A stretch of 64,000 bases of DNA from Candidatus Latescibacterota bacterium (GTDB taxonomy: Bacteria; Latescibacterota; UBA2968; UBA8231), in NCBI GenBank assembly GCA_965204725.1, contig OZ242005.1:4096001-4160000 (forward strand), given 5' to 3'. The notes under the pieces were generated by a model. The model ran no database searches. It saw nothing but the letters and a program-made list of their open reading frames with translations, and was not told the DNA's origin. Both the position numbers and the translations under genes were made by a program. Below, one piece after another: positions 18,091 to 27,827 of the stretch. How positions within the stretch are numbered: the stretch's first letter is position 1; each line of letters begins with the position of its first letter.

Positions 18091-19077
18091 ATGCACGTCG
18101 GCACTCAGCAGTTTAATACATCGGACGAAGACCTCGAATATCTGGCTCGTCACGGGGTCTTCAACAAAAACGAAAATTTCATCGCGTTCCACCGCGAATA
18201 CGGTTGGGACGTCGAAGAATTGGTCGCCAAGAAGGAGAAGTGCGCTCGCTTCGGCATCGACCTAGAGATGGTCGCCTTGCCCATGGCCCAGTTCAACGTC
18301 AACGGCGGAGGCGTCCCCAACTTTATGATGGGCAACTACGAAGAGGGCGATAAGGAGATTGCGCTGGTCGTCAACATGGTGCGGCAGGCGGCCGAAGCCG
18401 GCATCCCAGCCATCAAATACTACCTCTGCGCCCTTGAAAACCAGCGCACCGAAAGTACGCCCCCCGGCCGCGGCGGGTCCATCTACAGCACTTGGGACCT
18501 CGAAAAGGCCGACGCAGATACGCCTCGCTACGACCAACCCGTCACCGCCGAGGAAAACTGGCGTCGCATCACGTACTTCTTGGAAAGGGTCATCCCGGTG
18601 GCCACCGAGTGTAAGGTTCGCATGGCCTGCCATCCCTGCGACCCTTGGCTGCCGCCCGGCTTTAAGGGCATCGATCGCGTGATGGGGGGCTTTGACGGCT
18701 TCAAGCAGTTTATCGAGATCTGCCCTAGCCCCTACCACGGCGTCAATCTCTGCTTGGGCTGCATGGCCGAAAGCGTCGAAGACCCGCTCAACGAGGTCCC
18801 CGAAATCATCCGCTACTTAGGCTCGCGCAACAAAATTTTCCTCTGCCACTTTCGCAACATCGTCGGCAAGCGCAACAAGTTCCAAGAGGTCTGGCCCGAC
18901 GAGGGGGTGATGAACATGCACCGCAACATGCAGGCCCTCAAAGAAGTGGGCTACCAGCACATGTGCGTCCCGGATCACGCGCCCGGGCACAAAGACCCCC
19001 ATAGTATGCGCCAAGCCTTCGCCTACGAGTTCGGCTACATCCAAGCCATGATCCAAGCGGTGATGGACGAGAATTGA
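18091..19077 (+). CDS. uxuA: Mannonate dehydratase family protein
   Basis: AAGGAG RBS; YFLERVIPVA, MACHPCDP, LCLGC, HFRN, VPDHAP. Confidence 0.8.
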   Translation: MHVGTQQFNTSDEDLEYLARHGVFNKNENFIAFHREYGWDVEELVAKKEKCARFGIDLEMVALPMAQFNVNGGGVPNFMMGNYEEGDKEIALVVNMVRQAAEAGIPAIKYYLCALENQRTESTPPGRGGSIYSTWDLEKADADTPRYDQPVTAEENWRRITYFLERVIPVATECKVRMACHPCDPWLPPGFKGIDRVMGGFDGFKQFIEICPSPYHGVNLCLGCMAESVEDPLNEVPEIIRYLGSRNKIFLCHFRNIVGKRNKFQEVWPDEGVMNMHRNMQALKEVGYQHMCVPDHAPGHKDPHSMRQAFAYEFGYIQAMIQAVMDEN

Positions 19078-20684
19078 GCGAGCGCACCACCTACAGTCTC
19101 CACACATTCCGCAACGACGCTTTCGGCGGCCTCACGGCCGCGGTCGTGCTGCTGCCGAAAGCGTTGGCCTTTGGCGTGGCGTCCGGCATGGGGCCGCTAG
19201 CCGGTCTTTACAGTGCGATCGCGGTTTGCTTCTTCGCGACGATGTTCGGCGGGACGCCGGCGCAGATATCCGGCCCCACCGGCCCGATGACCGTGGCCAT
19301 GGTAGTCATCGTGGCTGGGTATGCCGACAGCCTCGCCGAAGCTCTTACGATCGTCATGCTCGGCGGCCTCTTGCAGATCGCGCTGGGCGCCCTGCGAATC
19401 GGCAGCTATGTGGAGTACACCCCGTACTCGGTAATCTCCGGGTTCCGCTCGGGTATTGGCGTCATCATCATACTGCTGCAAGTGCTGGCCATTTTCGGGA
19501 CCAAAACCCCTCCGGGCGGCCTAGTGGAGGCGATCCTCGCTTGGCCGGCCGCAATGGTCAACGCCGACGCGATCCTCTGTGTGCTGCTGACCCTAACCGT
19601 GGCCTTTTGCTGGCCCCACCGGCTACGCAAACTGTGCCCGCCGACGCTGGCGGCCCTAGCGGTGGGCACTCTAATCAGCCTAGCGTGGCTGGACGACGTC
19701 CCCGTGCTCGGCCCGATGCCGGCGGGCCTGCCGAGCCTGAACTGGCCGGTGCTGTCCCCCTCTTTCCTGCTCGGCGTCCTCGAACCGGCCTTTATTATCG
19801 CGCTGATAGGCTCCATCGACAGCCTGCTGACCTCGCTGGTGGCCGATTCGATCACGCGGACGAGCCACAAACCCAACCGCGAGCTGGTCGGGCAAGGGGT
19901 CGGCAATGTCATGGCAGGTCTCTTGGGCGGGCTGCCGGGGTCGGGGACGACTTCTTGTACGGTGGTAAATGTGCGGGCGGGTGGGCGGACGCGGGTGTCT
20001 GGCACGTTGTGCGCTCTACTCCTGCTGGGGCTGGGGCTGGAGCTAAGTGCGCTCACCGCGCAGATTCCCCATGCCGTGCTCGCCGGCATCCTGATGAAGG
20101 TCGGTTGGGACATCATCGACTGGCGCTTCCTCAAGCGCGTCCGCCAAATCCCACGCGATCATCTGGTCGTCATGTTTCTGACGCTTGGGCTTACCGTATT
20201 CGCGGATCTGGTCACCGCCGTGGCGATTGGGCTGATCGCCGCTGGCATGGCCAGCTCGAAGCGGTCGAAGGCCCTCGAACTAGACAGCGTGGTCTCGGTG
20301 CCGTTCCTCGATCAGACGCTCACCTCCTCGCAAGTGCCAGACCCCTACTTGGCGCGCGTCGGCCTAGTCGCTCTGCGGGGCCGGTTTTCCGTTGCTTCTT
20401 CAACCGCGCTAGTGCGCGTCATCGGCGAGGACATCCGCGAGCACGAGGCCGTGATCTTCGACTTCTCCGCCACCAAGCACATCGACGACAGCGCCGCTAT
20501 GGTCATCGAACGCCTGCTCGAGACGGCCGCTGACGAGAACACGGAATGCGTGATCATGGGCTTGTCCGGCTCGGTCGCCCATACCCTCCGCGCCCTCGGC
20601 ACCCTAGACGACGTCTCCCAAGACCGCTTCGTCGAAAGCCTAGATGAAGCTAAACGCCTCGCGCTCCGGCTGCTCGATAGCTAA
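19074..20684 (+). CDS. SulP family anion/bicarbonate transporter with STAS domain
   Basis: LAFGVASG, QISGPTGPM, NRELVGQG; C-terminal IFDFS..IDDSA STAS. Confidence 0.92.
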   Translation: MSERTTYSLHTFRNDAFGGLTAAVVLLPKALAFGVASGMGPLAGLYSAIAVCFFATMFGGTPAQISGPTGPMTVAMVVIVAGYADSLAEALTIVMLGGLLQIALGALRIGSYVEYTPYSVISGFRSGIGVIIILLQVLAIFGTKTPPGGLVEAILAWPAAMVNADAILCVLLTLTVAFCWPHRLRKLCPPTLAALAVGTLISLAWLDDVPVLGPMPAGLPSLNWPVLSPSFLLGVLEPAFIIALIGSIDSLLTSLVADSITRTSHKPNRELVGQGVGNVMAGLLGGLPGSGTTSCTVVNVRAGGRTRVSGTLCALLLLGLGLELSALTAQIPHAVLAGILMKVGWDIIDWRFLKRVRQIPRDHLVVMFLTLGLTVFADLVTAVAIGLIAAGMASSKRSKALELDSVVSVPFLDQTLTSSQVPDPYLARVGLVALRGRFSVASSTALVRVIGEDIREHEAVIFDFSATKHIDDSAAMVIERLLETAADENTECVIMGLSGSVAHTLRALGTLDDVSQDRFVESLDEAKRLALRLLDS

Positions 20685-20687
20685 AGC

Positions 20688-21515
20688 ATGAGCACCGCCC
20701 ATCCTCTGCTCGACATCGAGCGCGTCAACGGGCCGCCCGGGCCGTATCTCGCAGCCATCGGCACCATCTTCGCTGTCTTTGGCCCGCGCACCCAAGACTC
20801 CGGCAATGTCTCCTATGGCGTACAGGTGGGCGGCGAGCGGTTCTTCGTCAAAACCACCAATCCTGGGGCCGAGGTCTTTGGCGACCACACGACCCGCGTG
20901 GCGCTTCTGTACAACGCGGCGCGGCTCAGGCAAAGCTGCGATCATCCAGCCTTGCCGGTCCTGCATCGCATCGTCGAAACCGCGCACGGCCCGGCGCTCG
21001 TGTACGACTGGGTAGAGGGCGAGTGCCTATACGGTGGGCGCGACGACCCCCAATCGGCGCATCAGCGGTTTCGCCGCCTGCCCGACGACGCCATTCTCGC
21101 CGTGCTCGACGCGATCTACGATTTGCACGTCCAGCTCGCCCGACGCGGGTGGATTGCCGTGGATTTCTACGACGGCTGCCTGATGTATGACTTTGAGCGC
21201 CACGTCGCGCACGTCGTGGATCTCGACATGTATCGCTTGGGGGCGTTCACCAACCGGATGGGGCGGATGTTTGGCTCGACGCGCTTTATGGCTCCAGAGG
21301 AATTTGAGCGCGGCGCACAAATCGACGAGCGCACGACCGTCTTTACCATGGGCCGCGCCGCAATCGCATTCCTCGGCGACGACCTCGGCGGCGCACTGGG
21401 GGCGGTGGTGCAACGCGCCTGTCGCCAGCAACGCGACGCACGCTACCGCTCTCTAAAGGAGTTTTACGCTGCTTGGCAGCAGGCGAGGCGGCTAGGGCGC
21501 GGCTGTACCCTTTAG
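20688..21515 (+). CDS. Ser/Thr protein kinase-like protein with atypical catalytic loop
   Basis: FFVK, HPALP, AVDFYDG, VDLD, GSTRFMAPEE. Confidence 0.7.
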   Translation: MSTAHPLLDIERVNGPPGPYLAAIGTIFAVFGPRTQDSGNVSYGVQVGGERFFVKTTNPGAEVFGDHTTRVALLYNAARLRQSCDHPALPVLHRIVETAHGPALVYDWVEGECLYGGRDDPQSAHQRFRRLPDDAILAVLDAIYDLHVQLARRGWIAVDFYDGCLMYDFERHVAHVVDLDMYRLGAFTNRMGRMFGSTRFMAPEEFERGAQIDERTTVFTMGRAAIAFLGDDLGGALGAVVQRACRQQRDARYRSLKEFYAAWQQARRLGRGCTL

Positions 21516-21586
21516 GTCCCAACGCCGTATCGCCTAGTCCCCACTCTGTACTGCAATATCCCTATCGCTCTCAGAGGACATCCCCG

Positions 21587-21602
21587 TTGGCACGGTTCTT
21601 GT
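21587..21602 (+). promoter_or_regulatory. Possible sigma54-like promoter upstream of comM
   Basis: TTGGCACGGTTCTTGT: perfect -24 box, but -12 is GT rather than GC. Confidence 0.3.
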
Positions 21603-21636
21603 TTGTTCTTGTGTGTCTCACACAGAAAGGAACCCC

Positions 21637-23166
21637 ATGCCCTCCACTGTCCTCTCGGCCGCTACGCTCGGGATTGACGCGTACCCGGTCCACGTCGAAG
21701 TCGATACCGACCGCAGCTTGCCGACCTTTACGGTCGTCGGCCTGCCCGACTCCGCAGTCCGCGAAAGCAAAGAGCGCGTCTTGGCGGCCATCAAAAACGC
21801 CGGCTATCAGTGGCCGCGCCGCAAGATCACCATCAACCTCGCGCCGGCCGACCGCAAGAAGGAAGGCTCGGCTTTCGACCTGCCCATAGCCGTGGGCGTC
21901 TTGGCGGCCTCCCGGCAAATCGATCCGGTGAGCCTCCCCGAGTTCGCGCTCTTGGGCGAGCTGTCGCTCAACGGCAGCGTGCGCCCGGTACACGGCATGC
22001 TTTCCATGGCCACGTCCCTGCACCAGCAGGGCCTCTACGGCATGATCGTGCCGACGCAAAACGCCCGCGAGGCCGCCATTGCCAATGGGCCGCTCGTCTA
22101 TGGCGTCAGCTCGCTGAACGAGGCGCTAGCCATTCTGACCGGCGATGCGCGCCAACGACCCTACGAACTGGATGTGGAAGAAGTGTTTAGCAGCAACGCC
22201 AACTACGGGATTGACTTTGCGGAAGTGCGCGGCCAAGACCACGCCAAGCGCGCCCTTGAAGTCGCCGCCAGCGGGGGGCACAACTTGCTCATGGTCGGGC
22301 CGCCGGGATCGGGCAAGACCATGCTCGCCCGCCGCCTGCCCACGATCCTCCCGGCCCCGACCCTGCAAGAAGCGCTCGATACCACCAAGATCCATTCGGT
22401 CGCCGGGATCCTTCCCGTAGGCCAAGCCCTAGTCGCCACTCGGCCCTTCCGCGCCCCGCACCACACCATCTCGGACGCTGGTCTCATCGGCGGCGGCGCG
22501 TACCCGCGCCCGGGCGAGGTGTCGCTCGCCCATCACGGCGTGCTCTTCCTAGACGAGCTGCCCGAGTTCCGCCGCAACGTCGTCGAGGCCCTGCGCCAGC
22601 CGCTTGAAGACCACGCCGTCACCATCACGCGGGCGCAGATCGCGCTCGCCTATCCCGCGGACTTTACCCTCGTCGCGGCAATGAATCCCTGCCCTTGCGG
22701 CTACCTTGCGGACGCCCGCCACACTTGCACGTGCTCTCCGGCCGCAATCCGCCGCTATCGCGCCCGCGTCTCCGGGCCACTCCTCGACCGCATCGACATC
22801 CACATCGAAGTGCCGACCCTCGCCTACGACGACTTGGCCAGCAAGAAAGACGGCGAAAACTCAGCGCACATCCGCCAGCGCGTCAACGGCGCTCGCCAGC
22901 GGCAACTCGACCGCTTTGCCGGCGAGCTATTCTGCAACGCCCAGATGGGTGCGCGGCACACCCGCCGCCACTGCTCGCTCGACGACGCTGGACAGTCCCT
23001 GCTCGAAAAAGCCATGGCCCGCCTCGGTCTCTCGGCCCGGGCCTACGACCGCATCCTCAAAGTCGCCCGCACCATCGCGGACTTAGCCGACGACAGCACG
23101 ATCCAACCGCAGCACTTAGCCGAAGCCATCCAATATCGCGCCCTCGACCGCAACACCCTTCCGTAG
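21637..23166 (+). CDS. comM: YifB/ComM Mg-chelatase-like AAA+ ATPase
   Basis: VGLPDSAVRESKERV, NLAPAD..KEGSAFDLPIA, GPPGSGKTM, LFLDELPEF, MNPCPCG, SGPLLDRIDI. Confidence 0.93.
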   Translation: MPSTVLSAATLGIDAYPVHVEVDTDRSLPTFTVVGLPDSAVRESKERVLAAIKNAGYQWPRRKITINLAPADRKKEGSAFDLPIAVGVLAASRQIDPVSLPEFALLGELSLNGSVRPVHGMLSMATSLHQQGLYGMIVPTQNAREAAIANGPLVYGVSSLNEALAILTGDARQRPYELDVEEVFSSNANYGIDFAEVRGQDHAKRALEVAASGGHNLLMVGPPGSGKTMLARRLPTILPAPTLQEALDTTKIHSVAGILPVGQALVATRPFRAPHHTISDAGLIGGGAYPRPGEVSLAHHGVLFLDELPEFRRNVVEALRQPLEDHAVTITRAQIALAYPADFTLVAAMNPCPCGYLADARHTCTCSPAAIRRYRARVSGPLLDRIDIHIEVPTLAYDDLASKKDGENSAHIRQRVNGARQRQLDRFAGELFCNAQMGARHTRRHCSLDDAGQSLLEKAMARLGLSARAYDRILKVARTIADLADDSTIQPQHLAEAIQYRALDRNTLP

Positions 23167-23228
23167 CGCATTGAGTTCCCAATCTTCATATTCTCAGGCA
23201 GCCGTCCCTACCATCAAAGGAAACGACC

Positions 23229-24155
23229 ATGGCCTCTAGTCCCGACCCGCGCATTCCTTGGTACACTCCCGTCGGTGCAGTAACCGTAGAAAACCCCACC
23301 CCAAGCAAACCCCACCAAGGCAAAGTGCTGGCCGCCGTCCAAGCCCATGCGGATGACATTCCCCTCTTCTGCGCCGGCCTCGTCGCCAAGCTCATGGCCG
23401 AAGGCTACACTGCCTACTTGATCCAGACCACCAACGACGAGAAGTGCGGCCCAGGGACGATGGGCGAGACCATCCTCCAGAACGAGCGCGAAGTCGAAGT
23501 GCTCGCCGAGGAGTTGGGCTTCAAACAGGTCATCCACCTCGGCTACCGCAACCACTTTCTCGACGAAGCCGCGCCCACGGAACTCCGCGCTCGACTCGTC
23601 TTTCTGATTCGCGCCCTCAAAATCGACACCATTACGACCTTTAGTCCTTGGGGCCACTGGGAGGAAAACCCGGATCACTACGTTACCGGCCAAGCGGTCG
23701 AAGCCGCGCGCTGGATGGCCGGCATGAACAAGGACTATCCCGAACAGCTAGCCTGCGGCATGCAGCCCCACTCGGTGCAAGACCTTTACTACTGGACCTG
23801 CCGCCCCGGCCAGCCCTACAACACGGTCGTCGATATATCGCCTCATATCGAGGAAAAGGTGGCCGCGATGAGCGCCAATAAGGCCCAAGGCCCAGCCGGT
23901 GCCCACGGCCGCCACCTCAAGGCGCGGCTGGCGCGTCAGGGCCAGTACCTGCCCGCCTTGGGCGACGACGACGAGGAAGCCGACCGCCAGTACATTCGCC
24001 TCTTCGGCTTACAAGAGTACCAGCGCATTGGCGCGCCCTATGGCTTGGACTACGCCGAGGCATTTTACTACGTGCCGCTGGGCGGAACCTTTACCGGCGC
24101 AATGAGCGGGGAGGACATTGAGCGCTATGTAGCAGAACACGCCGAGAACTTGTAG
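23229..24155 (+). CDS. PIG-L/LmbE family deacetylase
   Basis: AHADD, NPDH, VVDIS..K, YAEAF. Confidence 0.85.
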   Translation: MASSPDPRIPWYTPVGAVTVENPTPSKPHQGKVLAAVQAHADDIPLFCAGLVAKLMAEGYTAYLIQTTNDEKCGPGTMGETILQNEREVEVLAEELGFKQVIHLGYRNHFLDEAAPTELRARLVFLIRALKIDTITTFSPWGHWEENPDHYVTGQAVEAARWMAGMNKDYPEQLACGMQPHSVQDLYYWTCRPGQPYNTVVDISPHIEEKVAAMSANKAQGPAGAHGRHLKARLARQGQYLPALGDDDEEADRQYIRLFGLQEYQRIGAPYGLDYAEAFYYVPLGGTFTGAMSGEDIERYVAEHAENL

Positions 24156-24273
24156 TGCGGTGGCTTCACCTCGTCTTTAGCAGTTGGGACGCAGGGTCTT
24201 CTCGCTGAAGGTGCTGCGAATGTTGCGGCGTCCTATTGATTATAGCGTAGCGGTTCTCAAAGGAGGAATGCCC

Positions 24274-25410
24274 ATGCAAAGCGACTTCCACCCCTCCACG
24301 TTCGCGCCCCCGCTCGTGTGGTTGCGCCTCATTCTGGCGAACCGGGGTGTGGCAAGGCCGTATTGGGGTAAACTCGCACGGATTCTGATCACCACCAGCC
24401 TAGCCACGCCGTTGCGCCTTGCGGAATGGTTGCTGTATTCCCGGCAAATCGCCAACACCAAGATCGAGCAAGACCCTTTGTTCATCTTGGGGTTCGGGCG
24501 TTCCGGCACGACGCACTTGCAGAATCTGCTCGCGCAAGACCCGACCTACGGATACCTGACGACCTTTCAGATGATCATGCCGACCTTTTCGCTGGTCGGG
24601 CGGGGATGGTTGAAACGCCGGATGGAAAAGGGCATGAAAGACATGGGCGAGCAAACTCGGCGGATGGATAACGTGAAAGTCGATCTGGATTCGCCGCAAG
24701 AGGAAGATGTAGCACTCGCCAATTCGAGCGACATGTCCTTTGTCCACCAACTTTCCTTTCCGCAGCAGAGCCGCCGGTTGTTTGAAAAGTACGTGCTGAT
24801 GGGCGCGGACCCCGAGGGCGAGCGTCTGACGGCAAGCGAACTGCGCCGGTGGGAGCGGACGTACCTGCGCGTCTTGCAGAAAATGACGCTCCATGCCGAT
24901 GGGCGACAACTCTTGTTGCGAAATACCATCAATATAGGCCGGGCCGATCACCTGCTGCGCCTCTTTCCCGACGCCAAGTTCATTCACATCGTGCGCAATC
25001 CATACAACTTGTATCCGTCGCTCATGAAGTTGTACCGCACCATGCTTCCCCTGTATCAACTAGACGACTACGATTGGCCGGAAGTGGAGGAGTTCCTCGT
25101 CGAGATTTATTCGCGCTTGATGCAGAAGTACTTGGCGGACCGCGCTCTGATTCCGGCTGGTCACCTCGCGGAAGTGCGCTTTGAGGATCTAGAGCGCGAC
25201 CCGCTCGGCGAACTGGCGCGGCTCTACGCCGAGCTCGACTTGCCCAACTGGGAAAACGCCCAGACCCATATCGCCGCGTACCTCAAGACCATCGCCGGTT
25301 ATCGCAAGAACGTGTTCCGAATCGATCCAGCGATTATTGAGCGGGTAGATGAGAACTGGCGGTTCGCCGTAGAAGAATGGAACTATCTTCCAAGGGAAGA
25401 ATGCCCATGA
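24274..25410 (+). CDS. PAPS-dependent sulfotransferase (Stf3-like), copy 1
   Basis: 5'-PSB GFGRSGTTHLQNLL; 3'-PB IHIVRNPY..S; EVRFEDLERDP. Confidence 0.9.
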   Translation: MQSDFHPSTFAPPLVWLRLILANRGVARPYWGKLARILITTSLATPLRLAEWLLYSRQIANTKIEQDPLFILGFGRSGTTHLQNLLAQDPTYGYLTTFQMIMPTFSLVGRGWLKRRMEKGMKDMGEQTRRMDNVKVDLDSPQEEDVALANSSDMSFVHQLSFPQQSRRLFEKYVLMGADPEGERLTASELRRWERTYLRVLQKMTLHADGRQLLLRNTINIGRADHLLRLFPDAKFIHIVRNPYNLYPSLMKLYRTMLPLYQLDDYDWPEVEEFLVEIYSRLMQKYLADRALIPAGHLAEVRFEDLERDPLGELARLYAELDLPNWENAQTHIAAYLKTIAGYRKNVFRIDPAIIERVDENWRFAVEEWNYLPREECP

Positions 25411-26543
25411 GCAACGACTTCCATCCCTCCACTTTCGCACCGCCTCTCGTGTGGGCGCGTCTCATTCTGGCCAATCGCGGTGTGCCCAAGCCGTATTGGG
25501 GCAAGCTCGCGCGGATTCTGATCGCCGCCACCCTAGCCACGCCGTTGCGCCTTGCGGAATGGTTGCTGTATTCCCGGCAAATCGCCAGCACAAAAATTGA
25601 ACACGCGCCCTTGTTCGTCGTTGGGTTCGGGCGCTCCGGCACGACGCACTTGCAGAATCTGCTCGCGCAAGACCCCACCTACGGATATGTATCTACCTAT
25701 CAGATTATGACATCGACCTTTTCGCTGGTCGGGCAGGGATGGTTGAAACGCCTGATGGAAAAGGGTCTGGCGGAGATGGGCGCGCAAACTCGGCCAATGG
25801 ACAACGTGAAAGTCGATCTAGATACGCCGCAAGAAGAAGATGCGGCACTCGCTAGCTCCAGTGTTCAGTCCGCTATCCACCACCTCACTTTTCCGCAACA
25901 GCGTTGGCGGTTGTATGAAAAGTACGTGCTGATGGGCGCGGACCCCGAGGGCGAGCGTCTGACGGCAAGGGAACTGCGCCAGTGGGAGCGGGCGTACCTG
26001 CGCGTCTTGCAGAAGACGACGATCCACAACGGCGGCAAGCGACTCCTATTAAAAAATGTGCTCAACATCGGCCGGGTTGATCACCTGCTGCGCCTCTTTC
26101 CCGACGCCAAGTTCATTCACATCGTGCGCAATCCATACAACTTGTACCCGTCGCTCCTGCATCTGTACCGCGAGTTGCTGCACGTGTATCAACTCGATGA
26201 CTACGACTGGTCGGAAATAGAGTCGTTTGTCACCGAGACCTATCCGCGCTTGATGCAGAAGTACTTGGCGGATCGCACTATGATTCCGGCCGGCCATCTG
26301 GCGGAAGTGCGCTTTGAGGATCTAGAGCGCGACCCCCTAGGCGAACTGGCGCGGCTCTACGCCGAGCTCGACCTGCCCGACTGGGAAAACGCCCAGACCC
26401 ATATCGCCGCGTACCTCAAGACCATCGCCGATTATCGCAAGAACGCGTTCCGAATCGATCCAGCGATTATTGAGCGGGTAGGGGAAAAATGGCGGTTCGC
26501 CTTAGAAGAATGGAACTATCAACCGCCGAGCGGCGACGCCTAA
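25407..26543 (+). CDS. PAPS-dependent sulfotransferase (Stf3-like), copy 2
   Basis: Same motifs; ATGA overlap with copy 1. Confidence 0.9.
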   Translation: MSNDFHPSTFAPPLVWARLILANRGVPKPYWGKLARILIAATLATPLRLAEWLLYSRQIASTKIEHAPLFVVGFGRSGTTHLQNLLAQDPTYGYVSTYQIMTSTFSLVGQGWLKRLMEKGLAEMGAQTRPMDNVKVDLDTPQEEDAALASSSVQSAIHHLTFPQQRWRLYEKYVLMGADPEGERLTARELRQWERAYLRVLQKTTIHNGGKRLLLKNVLNIGRVDHLLRLFPDAKFIHIVRNPYNLYPSLLHLYRELLHVYQLDDYDWSEIESFVTETYPRLMQKYLADRTMIPAGHLAEVRFEDLERDPLGELARLYAELDLPDWENAQTHIAAYLKTIADYRKNAFRIDPAIIERVGEKWRFALEEWNYQPPSGDA

Positions 26544-26587
26544 AGAGCCACGCCGTGCTCACCGGCGTTCTGCCTGAGAGCTATGGC

Positions 26588-26616
26588 TTGACTTATCTCT
26601 GCAAACCTTCTATATA
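26588..26616 (+). promoter_or_regulatory. Possible sigma70 promoter for sulfotransferase 3 and the P450
   Basis: TTGACT-N17-TATATA. Confidence 0.35.
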
Positions 26617-26672
26617 CGAGACATCGGTCGCTGTTCCCCTATTCTTCTGTTGTTTCCAAGGGGAGAACGCCT

Positions 26673-27809
26673 ATGAGCAACGACTTCCATCCCTTCACTT
26701 TCGCACCACCGCTCGTGTGGGCGCGTCTCGTTCTGGCGAATCGCGGTGTGCCCAAGCCGTATTGGGGCAAACTCGCGCGGATTTTGATCGCCACCGCCCT
26801 GGCCACGCCCTTGCGCCTTGCGGAATGGCTATTGTATGCCCGACAAATCGCCAACACAAAAATTGAGCACGCCCCCTTGTTCATCTTGGGTTATGCGCGT
26901 TCCGGCACGACGCACTTGCAGAATCTGCTCGCGCAGGATCACACGTACGGATGCGTATCTACTTATCAGGCTGTGACGGCGACCTTTTCGCTGGTCGGGC
27001 AGGGACGGTTGAAACGCCTGATGGAAAAGGGCATGGAAGACATGGGCGAGCAAACCCGTCCGATGGACAACATGAAAGTCGGTCTGGACGCGCCGCAGGA
27101 AGAAGACGTGGCAATCGCCAACTCGAGTATTCTGTCCGTTATCCACCAACTTTCCTTTCCGAAACAGTGTTGGCGGTTGTTTGAAAAGTACTCGCTGATG
27201 GGCGCGGACCCCGATGGCGAGCGTTTGACGGCAAGCGAATTGCGCCGGTGGGAGCGGGCGTACTTGCGCGTCTTGCAGAAGACGACGATCCACACCGGCG
27301 GCCGGCAACTCCTCCTAAAAAATGTGGCCAACCTCGGCCGGGTTGACCACCTGTTGCGCCTCTTCCCCGACGCCAAGTTCATTTACATCGTGCGCAATCC
27401 ATACAACGTGTACCCATCGCTCATGAAGTTGCACCACTCCCTGCTTCCCCTGTATCAGCTAGACGACTACAACTGGTCGGAAGTGGAGGAGTTCCTCGTC
27501 GAGAGTTATGCGTGCGTGATGCAGAAGTACTTGGCGGACCGCGCTCTGATTCCGGCCGGCCACCTCGCGGAAGTGCGCTTTGAGGATCTAGAGCGCGACC
27601 CCCTCGGCGAACTGGCGCGGCTCTACGCCGAGCTCGACCTGCCCAACTGGGAAAACGCCCAGACGCAGATCGCCGCGTACCTCAAGACCATCGCCGATTA
27701 TCGCAAGAACGAGTTCCAACTTGAGCAAGCGATTATTGACCGAGTAGAGGAGAAATGGCGGTTCGCTGTAGAAGAGTGGAACTATCAACGACCGAGCGGC
27801 GACGCCTAA
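26673..27809 (+). CDS. PAPS-dependent sulfotransferase (Stf3-like), copy 3
   Basis: GYARSGTTHLQNLL, IYIVRNPY. Confidence 0.9.
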   Translation: MSNDFHPFTFAPPLVWARLVLANRGVPKPYWGKLARILIATALATPLRLAEWLLYARQIANTKIEHAPLFILGYARSGTTHLQNLLAQDHTYGCVSTYQAVTATFSLVGQGRLKRLMEKGMEDMGEQTRPMDNMKVGLDAPQEEDVAIANSSILSVIHQLSFPKQCWRLFEKYSLMGADPDGERLTASELRRWERAYLRVLQKTTIHTGGRQLLLKNVANLGRVDHLLRLFPDAKFIYIVRNPYNVYPSLMKLHHSLLPLYQLDDYNWSEVEEFLVESYACVMQKYLADRALIPAGHLAEVRFEDLERDPLGELARLYAELDLPNWENAQTQIAAYLKTIADYRKNEFQLEQAIIDRVEEKWRFAVEEWNYQRPSGDA

Positions 27810-27827
27810 ACCAACGGAAGGTGTGCA

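Noticed and set aside
19226-20533. 435-aa alternative-frame ORF, and similar long shadow ORFs such as 27852-28904, 59417-60313 and 45279-46121
   Set aside because: They overlap well-supported genes, have Arg/Pro/Gly-rich or antisense composition and no motifs; typical of GC-rich DNA
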